This document shows, piece after piece, positions 1 through 10,248 of a stretch of DNA of 64,000 bases. Each line of letters opens with the position of its first letter. The first letter of the stretch is position 1. The notes beneath the pieces were generated by a model. It was not told the origin of the DNA, searched no databases, and saw only the letters and a list, made by a program, of their open reading frames with translations. The translations under genes were made by a program, and so were the position numbers. This stretch comes from Myxococcota bacterium (GTDB lineage: Bacteria; Myxococcota_A; UBA9160; SZUA-336). The stretch covers positions 256,001 to 320,000 of the forward strand of contig CBDFGR010000003.1 of assembly GCA_965247115.1 (NCBI GenBank), read 5' to 3'.

Positions 1-62
1 TCACGTTCGACCTCCCTGGTCGGCTCATGATGGAGTGAGACGACGCCGCCCTCGAGGGCGGC

Positions 63-389
63 TCACTGGGCGCCCTTGGCCGAGGGCAGCACGTCCAGCG
101 CGACCCGTCCGGCGTTGACCGCCGTCGGCCAGCCGCCGTAAAAGGCAAGATGAGTGATCAGACCTTTGATCTCGTCCTCGGTGACGCCGTTGTCGAGCGC
201 CCGCTTCATGTGTAACTTGAGCTCATCAGTGCGGTAGAGCGCGGTGAGCACTGCCACGGTGATGAGGCTGCGGTCGCGCTTGGAGAGCGACTCCTCTTCC
301 CACACATCACCGAACAGGACCTCGTCGCGGAGCTGACCGAGCTTCGGGATGAGCTCGTAGACGGGATGGGTTGCAGGGTGGTCGGCCAT
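63..389 (-). CDS. Carboxymuconolactone decarboxylase (CMD/AhpD-like) family protein
   Basis: LFGDVW...LSKRDRSLITVAVL...H...ALDNGVT..EI...ITHLAFYGGWP pattern; ATG at 389 with AAGGAG RBS upstream. Confidence 0.9.
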   Translation of the reverse strand: MADHPATHPVYELIPKLGQLRDEVLFGDVWEEESLSKRDRSLITVAVLTALYRTDELKLHMKRALDNGVTEDEIKGLITHLAFYGGWPTAVNAGRVALDVLPSAKGAQ

Positions 390-454
390 CGTGACTCCTT
401 TGCTTTCTACTCGGCGTACAGCCAGGATAGCTCGGGTAGCAGCCGAATTGGCTG

Positions 455-575
455 AGATGGTCTGCACCCATCGAGCGCAGCATCTCGAGTTTCTCGGCGC
501 GGTCCACGCAAGTCACTTCAGCCGCGAATGACTTCGCCCGGGTGAACCGTACTTGTGGCGAACCATCGCTTTCAT
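455..575 (-). pseudogene. Internally deleted remnant of an MDR/zinc-type alcohol dehydrogenase
   Basis: Reads MKAMVRHKYGSP then, in another frame, AKSFAAEVTCVDRAEKLEMLRSMGADH; both match segments of the intact protein at 1455-2435 (MKAIVYREYGSP; AKHFGAEVTAVDSLEKLDMLRAIGADH). Confidence 0.75.
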
Positions 576-590
576 CGTCCCCCCCCTCTC

Positions 591-634
591 TTCATGTCGA
601 TAATACACTAACTATAGTGTAAGAAAGACACGAA
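591..634. promoter_or_regulatory. Tandem pair of NrtR-type operator boxes
   Basis: ATGT-cgataat-ACAC and GTGT-aagaaag-ACAC (GT-N7-AC palindromes), centres 601 and 624. Confidence 0.75.
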
Positions 635-701
635 TCGAACGGGTGCGACGCCTGGCGCCGGCGTCGGTATCCTGGGTCACGGGAACCCCAGTCCGCTTGA
701 T

Positions 702-745
702 TTCGTGTTACTCATACACTGTAGATAGTGTATATGGTACGCAGA
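702..745. promoter_or_regulatory. Second tandem pair of NrtR-type operator boxes, directly upstream of nrtR
   Basis: GTGT-tactcat-ACAC and GTGT-atatggt-ACGC, centres 712 and 735 (same 23-bp spacing). Confidence 0.75.
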
Positions 746-752
746 GAGTCGG

Positions 753-1442
753 ATGTCCTACACCTACGAATACCCGCGAGCTGCGCTGACCGTGGACTGC
801 GTCGTCTTCGGGCTGGGCGCCAAAGACCTCAAGGTGATGCTGATCCAGCGCGACCTGCCTCCATTCGAGGGGGAGTGGGCCCTGCCCGGTGGTTTTGTAC
901 GGGTCGAGGAGACGGTGGACGAGGCGGCGCGGCGCGAGCTGGAGGAAGAAACCGGGCTTTCCGGCGTGTTCCTCGAGCAGCTGTACACATTTGGCGCCGT
1001 GGCTCGGGATCCGCGCGAGCGAGTGGTATCGGTCGCCTACTACGCGCTGGTGAACCTGGCCGACCAGCCGGTGCAGGCGGCCACCGATGCGCGGGAGGCG
1101 GCGTGGTTTCCGGTCCATGACGTACCGTCGCCGGCCTTCGACCACGCCGAGATCCTGGACGCGGCGCTGGAGCGGCTGCGCGGCAAGCTGGCCTACCAGC
1201 CGATCAGTTTCGAGCTCCTGCCCCAGAAGTTCACGCTCTCGCAGCTCCAGCATTTGTACGAGGTCGTGCTGGAGCGCGAGCTGGACAAGCGGAACTTCCG
1301 CAAGAAGGTGCTGGCCACGGGTCTGCTCGTGGAGACCGACGAGGTACAGCAGGACGTAGCCCACCGCGCAGCGCGTCTCTACCGCTTCGACGAGCGCAAG
1401 TACAAGCAGCTCGCCCGAGATGGCTTCCACTTCGCGATTTGA
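753..1442 (+). CDS. nrtR: NrtR-family Nudix/winged-helix transcriptional regulator
   Basis: WALPGGFV, Nudix box [28 protein letters not shown]-terminal FTLSQLQ..YE...LDKRNFRKK wHTH. Confidence 0.92.
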   Translation: MSYTYEYPRAALTVDCVVFGLGAKDLKVMLIQRDLPPFEGEWALPGGFVRVEETVDEAARRELEEETGLSGVFLEQLYTFGAVARDPRERVVSVAYYALVNLADQPVQAATDAREAAWFPVHDVPSPAFDHAEILDAALERLRGKLAYQPISFELLPQKFTLSQLQHLYEVVLERELDKRNFRKKVLATGLLVETDEVQQDVAHRAARLYRFDERKYKQLARDGFHFAI

Positions 1443-1454
1443 ACGGAGTTCACG

Positions 1455-2435
1455 ATGAAGGCGATTGTCTACCGCGAGTACGGTTCCCCCGACGTTCTCA
1501 AACTTGATGACATCCCAAAGCCGACGGTCAGGGACGATCAGGTCCTGATCAAGGTTCATGCAGCGACAGTAGGAACCTGGGACTGTGAAGCCCGAAGTTT
1601 CACGTTCCCCCTCTGGTTCTGGCTGCCCTTGCGTCTCGCAATGGGTCTCCGAACGCCAAGATGGCCGGTACTCGGACAGGAGCTAGCAGGGGAAATTGAA
1701 GCTGTTGGCAAGGACGTAGAACGCTTTGAGAAAGGCGACCAGGTTTTTGCATCGACCGGCCTGGGTTTTGGCGCTCATGCGGAATACAAGTGTATGTCGA
1801 GCACAGGTGCGGTCGCGATCAAACCGGCCAACATGAGCTATGAGGAAGCCGCCGGCATTCCGACCGGCGGCGACAACGCACTCCACTTTATTCGAAAGGC
1901 AGACATTCAGAGCGGAGAGAGCGTTCTCGTCAATGGCGCTGGGGGGAACATCGGCGTTGTTGCGGTACAGCTCGCCAAGCATTTCGGAGCTGAGGTCACT
2001 GCCGTGGACAGTCTGGAGAAGCTGGACATGCTACGCGCGATCGGCGCAGACCACGTCATCGACTACGCAAGAGAAGACTTTACCAGGAGCGGCAAGACCT
2101 ACGATGTCATTCTCGACGTGGTCCACAAGAGCTCGTTTTCGGGTTGCGTACGATCGCTCAAGCCAAATGGACGCTACCTGCTGGCCAACCCCAGGCTGTT
2201 CTCGATGGTTCGAGCGCTCTGGACGTCGAAGACAAGCAGCAAGAAGGTCATGTTCGAGTTCGCAGGCTCAAAGCCCAAGGATCTGGTCGCCCTCAAAGAG
2301 CTCGTCGAGGCGGGAAAGATCCGCGCGGTCATCGACAAGCGCTATCCGCTGGAACGAGCTTCCGAGGCTCATGCCTATGTGGATACGGGACGCAGAAAGG
2401 GGACCGTTGTCCTAGCCGTTCGACCCGGCGACTGA
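1455..2435 (+). CDS. NAD(P)-dependent MDR-family alcohol dehydrogenase/quinone reductase
   Basis: MKAIV..YGSPDVL, GQELAGEIEAVG, NGAGGNIG, GADHVIDY. Confidence 0.92.
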   Translation: MKAIVYREYGSPDVLKLDDIPKPTVRDDQVLIKVHAATVGTWDCEARSFTFPLWFWLPLRLAMGLRTPRWPVLGQELAGEIEAVGKDVERFEKGDQVFASTGLGFGAHAEYKCMSSTGAVAIKPANMSYEEAAGIPTGGDNALHFIRKADIQSGESVLVNGAGGNIGVVAVQLAKHFGAEVTAVDSLEKLDMLRAIGADHVIDYAREDFTRSGKTYDVILDVVHKSSFSGCVRSLKPNGRYLLANPRLFSMVRALWTSKTSSKKVMFEFAGSKPKDLVALKELVEAGKIRAVIDKRYPLERASEAHAYVDTGRRKGTVVLAVRPGD

Positions 2436-2455
2436 ACACCCCGAGGGGTGGACCA

Positions 2456-4090
<1,635 letters not shown>

Positions 4091-4207
4091 CTTCCTTTGC
4101 CCCCGAGTTGCCCTTCCAGCGCTATCCTAGCGTTATACAAGACTCCGCGCGCGGCATTCAATATCGCACCCGAACTCGTGGTAGGCTGAACGGCGACGCG
4201 AGGAGTC

Positions 4208-6112
4208 ATGAAGATGAGCTGGTTAGTTGTGGCGTGTGTCGCCGTCACGGTGTTGCTGCCGACGGCGACCCGGGCCCAGATGACGGATTCTCGGTACAAT
4301 TTCCTGTACGAGGAGAAGTGCGCGGTCTGCCACGGAACGACGAGCCTCGTCCCCCGCGCGGTCAGTCGCGAAGCCCTCCGAGCGTTTTCCCCGGAGCGGG
4401 TGTTCGAGGCGCTGACGACCGGGGTGATGGCAGCCAATGCGAGCGAGCTCTCGGAGGAGGATAAGCGCGGGCTGGCCGCATTCCTGACCGGGCGCCCGTT
4501 CGGGAACGTCGCGGACCGCTCGGCGCAGGCGATGCCGAACCAGTGCGCCAGTGGCATGCCGATGGGCGATCCGTCGGCCGGGCCGCACTGGAACGGCATG
4601 AGCCCCGATCCCGCCACCAGCACTCGCTTTCAGCCGGCCGCTGCTGCGGGGCTTACGGTGGAACAGCTGCCGCGGCTGCGACGGAAGTGGGCGTTCGGCT
4701 TTCCGGATGGCAGCGCTGTCCGCGGCCAGCCGACGGTGGCGGGGGGACGGGTGTTCGTGGGTAGCGACAACGGGATGGTGTACGCACTCGACGCAAAGAC
4801 CGGCTGTGTGCACTGGTCCTTTGAGACCGGGGAAGCCGTGGTGACAGCCGTCAGCGTGGGTACCGTGCCCGGGTCGCAAGATCGCTACGCCGCGTACTTC
4901 GGGGATTTCCGGGCAAACGTCTATGCCGTGGACGCCGAGACGGGCGAGCGGCTGTGGACGGCGCAGGTGGACGACCACGAGATGGCGAAGATCACGGGTT
5001 CGCCCGTGCTCGATGCCCAGGGGGGACGCCTGTATGTGTCGGTAGGTTCGTGGGAGGAGGGCCGTACCGACCTCAACCCCTTGTACGAGTGCTGCACATC
5101 GCAGGGCAGCGTGGTTGCCCTGGACGTGAAGACCGGCCAGCAGATCTGGAAGACCTACACGATCCCCGAGCGTCCCAGGCCGGTCAGGAAGAGCTCGGCC
5201 GGCACGCAGCTGTACGGCCCAGCGGGTGCCGGGGTCTGGGCGGCACCCACGCTCGACTATCGGCGCCGCGTCCTCTATGTCGGCACAGCCAATGGCTATA
5301 TCAACGTGCCGGACTCGGGCTCCACTGACGCCGTCATCGCCTTCGACCTCGACACCGGCAAGAGGCGCTGGTCGACCCAACTGCTTGCTGGCGATTTGAA
5401 CTGCGTGGAAGGTGGAACGACTGATGCCGAGCGCAATTGTTCCCGCACGACACGGAATCCCAACGACGATGTGTCCGGGTCGCCCGTCCTGTACACGCTG
5501 CCGAACGGCCGCCAGATTCTGATCGCCGGGCAGGAGAGCGGAAGAATCACGGCACTGGACCCCGACAGTAACGGCGCTGTGCTGTGGGTTGCGCAGCCCG
5601 GTGACGCGGCATGGCCACAAGGCTCCGGCATGGGCGCCGCCGCGGATGGAGAGCTCTACTACAGACCGCTCGCGTCGTGCTCGTCGGCAGCCGGTGCCGC
5701 CCAGGCGCCCGCAATGGCTTGTGCCAACGAGACGGGTGCGATGGTCGCATTCCGGCCCTCGACGGGCGAGCGGGTCTGGTCCACGACGCACCCGAAGCCG
5801 ACGAATTGCTCCGACCCCGAGGCGATCTGGTGCAGCTCGGGACTGTTCGGGGCGGCGACGGTCATCCCCGGTGTCGTGTTCGCGGGGGCGAGAGACGGCA
5901 CCCTGCGCGGGTACTCGACGCGGGACGGCGAGGTCCTGTGGGAATACAACACCATGCAAGAGTACGAGACGGTGAACGGCGTGCGAGCCAAGGGGGGCTC
6001 GATCGGTGGCCATGGGCCGGCGATCGTCGGGGGGATGCTGTTCATGGGCTCCGGCTACAACGTCACCCAGACGGCCTCTGGCAACGTGCTGCTCGCGTTC
6101 GAAGTCGAGTAG
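4208..6112 (+). CDS. Secreted cytochrome c / PQQ-binding beta-propeller dehydrogenase (polyvinyl-alcohol dehydrogenase-like)
   Basis: Signal peptide, CAVCH haem motif, repeated ALDAKTG..W PQQ repeats, YECC..QGS, GAGVW.APT. Confidence 0.88.
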   Translation: MKMSWLVVACVAVTVLLPTATRAQMTDSRYNFLYEEKCAVCHGTTSLVPRAVSREALRAFSPERVFEALTTGVMAANASELSEEDKRGLAAFLTGRPFGNVADRSAQAMPNQCASGMPMGDPSAGPHWNGMSPDPATSTRFQPAAAAGLTVEQLPRLRRKWAFGFPDGSAVRGQPTVAGGRVFVGSDNGMVYALDAKTGCVHWSFETGEAVVTAVSVGTVPGSQDRYAAYFGDFRANVYAVDAETGERLWTAQVDDHEMAKITGSPVLDAQGGRLYVSVGSWEEGRTDLNPLYECCTSQGSVVALDVKTGQQIWKTYTIPERPRPVRKSSAGTQLYGPAGAGVWAAPTLDYRRRVLYVGTANGYINVPDSGSTDAVIAFDLDTGKRRWSTQLLAGDLNCVEGGTTDAERNCSRTTRNPNDDVSGSPVLYTLPNGRQILIAGQESGRITALDPDSNGAVLWVAQPGDAAWPQGSGMGAAADGELYYRPLASCSSAAGAAQAPAMACANETGAMVAFRPSTGERVWSTTHPKPTNCSDPEAIWCSSGLFGAATVIPGVVFAGARDGTLRGYSTRDGEVLWEYNTMQEYETVNGVRAKGGSIGGHGPAIVGGMLFMGSGYNVTQTASGNVLLAFEVE

Positions 6113-6133
6113 CGAGTCAGGCTCCGCCGCAGC

Positions 6134-6931
6134 TCAATCCGCGTGCTTGCGGATGTTGGCTTCCACTTCCTTCCGAAACGGTCGGAGCTCGGGCGCAAAC
6201 GCCGGGTGCTCGGAGAGCGCATCGTAGTGGGCGATGGCCCTTGGATGCTGATCCCAGTTGATGGGCTCGCAATCCATCTCGCGGACGGTATTCGCCCACG
6301 CGCGCTCTCTCGAAAAGAGTGCGATCTCAGCGGCGAAGCATACATCGGCCAGCGTGACATCGGAGCCTACGAGGAACTCGCTCGATCCGTCCAACGCTTG
6401 ATCGATTCCGGAGAGATAGGTGTGAAACGCATCCTTCGCGCGCTGGTAGACCTCGGGCGTCAAGGATCCGCCACCCAGTGCCAGAAGGTAGATCTGGCAA
6501 TCCCGCGCGAACACCAGACTTGCATCGAGGAAGCTGTCGATGCGCGAGGCCGTGTACGGATCGGTGCCGTAGGCGGGATAGTTGCTCGCACCGATCCTGG
6601 CCACCGCACGCATGATGCTGTTGGACTCGAAGATGCCGATCGAGCCATCCGGGCTGAATGCGGCGGGCACCGTGCCCCAAGGATGGGCCTCGAGGAAAGC
6701 ATCGGTCTTGAACAGATTCGTGCGAAACCCTGTGTGGCCCTGGCGCGATAGGTCTCTGTTCGGTCGATCGTCTTCGCTCAAGGGGCGTGCGTCGAAGTCC
6801 CACAGCCAGTCGGCGAGCTCGTGCCCCTTCGCGCCATGGACTTCAACGTCCACGTCGCAGAGTCGCGCCGTGATCGTGGCTTTCCAGACTCTGGGATTCG
6901 GCAGGTAGGAAAAGATGCGAAGCTGTGCCAT
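6134..6931 (-). CDS. Glutathione S-transferase family protein
   Basis: P.GTVPA, FESNSIMRAV, FLVG..VTLADV. Confidence 0.85.
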   Translation of the reverse strand: MAQLRIFSYLPNPRVWKATITARLCDVDVEVHGAKGHELADWLWDFDARPLSEDDRPNRDLSRQGHTGFRTNLFKTDAFLEAHPWGTVPAAFSPDGSIGIFESNSIMRAVARIGASNYPAYGTDPYTASRIDSFLDASLVFARDCQIYLLALGGGSLTPEVYQRAKDAFHTYLSGIDQALDGSSEFLVGSDVTLADVCFAAEIALFSRERAWANTVREMDCEPINWDQHPRAIAHYDALSEHPAFAPELRPFRKEVEANIRKHAD

Positions 6932-6975
6932 GTCCTCTCCCCGGCAGCCTAGCAGATGGGTACCCTGCCGAGCTG

Positions 6976-9186
6976 CTACTTCGATGATTCCTTGAGCCGA
7001 GCGAGCCAGGGGGTCAGCTCCTGCGGAACCGCGGTGAAGCGGATCGAGAAGCCCGCGCCCAGAGACAGCGATCCGACGACCTTGGCGTAGAACTCGGGCA
7101 GCGAGTCGGCCTTTCCAGCGGGCAGCAGCTCGACCTTGATGTCGCTCAGCGGGGCGAGGGATTGATCGCAGAGCACCTCGCCGCCGATCGACGACAGGCC
7201 CACGAGCGTCCCGGGCAGCGTGGCGCCGTCGAGGTGTTTGGACTGCAGGACCGCGAACCGCAGCGGAACGCCGTCGCGAAGCGCAACCATCACCTCCTCG
7301 CTCTCTGGGAGGAACAGGTCGTAGGAGCCCTGGATCCCCCGAAGATCGTAGACGGTGGTCGGCTCGATGCCCTTGGCGGCAATCTCCCGCTGCTCGCCGA
7401 CCTGCAGGCTATCGCCCACCTCGAGCCGCGTCGCAGCAGAGATCAGCACCTGGCCGCCGACCGTGTAGGACTCGATCCGGGAGGCGAGATTGACCGAGCT
7501 TCCGACCACACCGTACTTCGCGCGCGTATCGGACCCGATGTTGCCGACGACGACCTCGCCGGTGTTCACACCGATTCCCATCTCCAACTCGGGGAGTCCG
7601 TCGCGGCGGTTCGCCTCGTTGACCGAGTCCATGGCGAGCTGCATCGCGACCGCGCAGGCGACCGCGCTTTCGGCGTGGTCCGCCCGCCGAACGGGTGCGC
7701 CGAAGATCACCAGGATCGCGTCGCCGATGAACTCGTCGATCGTGCCTTGGTGTCGCGCGATGACCTCGACCATCGCACCCAGATAGCGGTTGAGGATGGC
7801 CACAACCTGCTCGGGCACCAGACGCGCCGCCATCGAGGTGAAGCCTCGCAGATCCGACATCAAGATGGTGACCGGGCGGGTTTCGCCGCCAAGCTTGAGA
7901 CCTTCCGGTTGGTCGAGCAGGTTGTCGACGATGTCGTCGGACAGGTAGCGGCCGAAGGTGTGGCGGATGAAGCGGTTGTGCTTCTCGAGACTCTGGTTGG
8001 CGTCGTTGAGCTGCGCATTCGACCCCAGAAGCGCCGCCTCGCTCTCGTGGAGCTGAACGCGCATCTGGTTGAACGAGCCAGTCAGGTCCCCGAGCTCGTC
8101 GTCGGTCGTGATCGGCAGGTCCTGCCGCAGGCGGCCCAAAGCGAGCTCGCGGGTCGCATTCGAGAGCACGGAGATGGGCCGGGTGATCTGATTCGACCGA
8201 TAGCTCGCCAACACATAGGCGATCCCGCCCATCAACAGGATCAACACCGAAGCCACCACCATCGCACTCGTGCCGGCAAACGTGATGAACTTCGTGTCCC
8301 GGTCCATCAGAGCGGACTGGCTGGCGGCCAGCGAATCGAGCAGCTCGCTCACGTGCTGCGTGAGCGGAATCGTCTCGGTGCTCATGCGGTGAAGCGCGGC
8401 GTTCCACGAGGGACCGCGGCGGACGGCCCGCGCTTCTTCGGCGAACTGGCGATACCAGGGCAGCTCTTCGATCAGATAGGCGACCCGGTCGCGCTGGGGT
8501 TGGGGAAGCAGAGCGGCTTGTCGCATTGCGGCGTCCAGTGACTGCTCGGCGTCGCTCAAGGCCACAGAGAAAGCGCGGTCCCACTGCTGTTCGCCGTCGG
8601 CCACGAACCGCGCAAGCGCGTGCTGGGCGGTCGACAGCTCGTCTCGGAAGCTCGCGGCCGCGGCGCGCAGCTCGGGCGTGGAAGCCGAGTCCTCGAGCAG
8701 CCCACCGATCACCCGCCGCAGCTCTCGGGCAATCGGTTCCAGGCGCTGGCGCACCGCGCGCGACGCCCGTAGGTTGCCCTCGGTCCGGGCGACGTCCTCC
8801 ACCCACCACTGGGACTCCTTGAGCTCGACCAGTCCGAGGGACAGCTCGGCGAGCCGCGCGTGGTCCGCCGGATCCGGCCAGGTGTCGCGGAGCAGCTGGA
8901 TGTCGGCAAGGGCCGGCTCGATCCGCTGGCTCCAAGCGACCCGTCGCTCGGAGCGGAAGCGCGGATCCCCCAGCGCAACCCACCCCCGCAGACCCGCGAG
9001 CGAGTGCTGGAGACCGATCTGGGCGCGCTGGGTGGCAACGACTGCGGGGGCGCGTTGCTGGGCGAGATGATCGCTGTACGTGCGCAGCCAGAGTGTGGTG
9101 ATCAGGCTGACCAGCAACAAGACCACACCGATCGCGGTCAGCGTGAGCGACAGCTGCATCAGCTTCTGGCGTAGGGTGACCTTCAC
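6976..9186 (-). CDS. Membrane-bound class III nucleotidyl cyclase (sensor domain-HAMP-cyclase-C-terminal beta domain)
   Basis: Two TM segments, HAMP (DELGDLTGSFNQM), SDLRGFT, DEFIGDA, GIGVNTGEVVVGNIG, VNLASRIES. Confidence 0.93.
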   Translation of the reverse strand: MKVTLRQKLMQLSLTLTAIGVVLLLVSLITTLWLRTYSDHLAQQRAPAVVATQRAQIGLQHSLAGLRGWVALGDPRFRSERRVAWSQRIEPALADIQLLRDTWPDPADHARLAELSLGLVELKESQWWVEDVARTEGNLRASRAVRQRLEPIARELRRVIGGLLEDSASTPELRAAAASFRDELSTAQHALARFVADGEQQWDRAFSVALSDAEQSLDAAMRQAALLPQPQRDRVAYLIEELPWYRQFAEEARAVRRGPSWNAALHRMSTETIPLTQHVSELLDSLAASQSALMDRDTKFITFAGTSAMVVASVLILLMGGIAYVLASYRSNQITRPISVLSNATRELALGRLRQDLPITTDDELGDLTGSFNQMRVQLHESEAALLGSNAQLNDANQSLEKHNRFIRHTFGRYLSDDIVDNLLDQPEGLKLGGETRPVTILMSDLRGFTSMAARLVPEQVVAILNRYLGAMVEVIARHQGTIDEFIGDAILVIFGAPVRRADHAESAVACAVAMQLAMDSVNEANRRDGLPELEMGIGVNTGEVVVGNIGSDTRAKYGVVGSSVNLASRIESYTVGGQVLISAATRLEVGDSLQVGEQREIAAKGIEPTTVYDLRGIQGSYDLFLPESEEVMVALRDGVPLRFAVLQSKHLDGATLPGTLVGLSSIGGEVLCDQSLAPLSDIKVELLPAGKADSLPEFYAKVVGSLSLGAGFSIRFTAVPQELTPWLARLKESSK

Positions 9187-10133
9187 GACGGGTTCAGCCA
9201 GCCGGGCCGGGAACCGGCGAGCTGCTCGAGCTCCAGCAGCTGGCGTTCGAGCAGCAGCGCCCGCTGGTATACGTGCGACGGAAAGCGTCGCCCCGGGTAG
9301 TAGGCCTCTCGAGGCGGTGGGACGTCATCGAGCTGCTCCCACAGGTAGGTGAGCTCGGACACGAGCAGGGTTGCCACGTCGTAGACATCACTGGGAATCG
9401 CGTTTGCGAGGTTCCCCTCATGGACCTCGAGGCTGAGCATCGACAAGTTCGACTCCCCGGCAATTCGTCGGACAATCGCGAAGCAGTTGAGCAGCTTGCG
9501 GTAGACGTCGGACGGCCGCTTGCCGCTCTCGAAGACCGGCGTTTCTGGGATCCGATCGCCGGGAAACTGCGCGCGCAGGCGCGCGGTGTAGCCAATCGCC
9601 AGGGTCAGCTGCTGGTAGACCTCAGCGGGGGAGAACGGTTGGTCGAGCAGCAGGTTGAGCTGCTGACTCGCTTGCAAGATGGCGAGGATCACGTCGTCCG
9701 GCGTTTTCGACGGATCCGGAGCTTCCGGGGCGACCGCGTGGTTGATGCCCAGCTTGTCCTGCACCTGCCGAATCCTGCCGAGTGCGTTGTTGACCACGGC
9801 CAGTACGTCCGCGGGCTTGATCTCGCCGTCCGGCCGCGGGAGATCGTCGACGATCTCGCGGGTATGCTCGAAGCTCAAGCGGTTGGCCTTGCGGAACAGC
9901 GTCAGCGCCTGGAAGTACACCTCCCGGGGCGCGACCCCCGCGATCCGACCCCCTCCCTCGAGGCGCTTGGGCTTCCCCATCTCGTAGCGGACCAGTTCGA
10001 GGTCCTGCTGGAGCAGCATCACTCGCGCGTGGACGTCGGAAGGGGCGATGGGTGGGGCGGAGCCGGCCGGAGACGCCGTCGTCAGCAGCAACAGGGACAT
10101 GAGCCAGCCAGGCCGTCTTGTGCGGATTCTCAC
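9183..10133 (-). CDS. Secreted helical-repeat hypothetical protein
   Basis: Signal peptide; eight P-x-[DEH]-V helix starts; stop overlaps the cyclase start (GTGA). Confidence 0.8.
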   Translation of the reverse strand: MRIRTRRPGWLMSLLLLTTASPAGSAPPIAPSDVHARVMLLQQDLELVRYEMGKPKRLEGGGRIAGVAPREVYFQALTLFRKANRLSFEHTREIVDDLPRPDGEIKPADVLAVVNNALGRIRQVQDKLGINHAVAPEAPDPSKTPDDVILAILQASQQLNLLLDQPFSPAEVYQQLTLAIGYTARLRAQFPGDRIPETPVFESGKRPSDVYRKLLNCFAIVRRIAGESNLSMLSLEVHEGNLANAIPSDVYDVATLLVSELTYLWEQLDDVPPPREAYYPGRRFPSHVYQRALLLERQLLELEQLAGSRPGWLNPS

Positions 10134-10248
10134 TATCCTGTCATGCTACCGCGCCGGGGCAGCGCGGGATCAGGTCGCGGCGGGACCCCCTGAGGAAGCA
10201 GGGTGCTCGGTAGAATCCCGGCTTCACGGACCTCCGGGAGGAGTCCCA

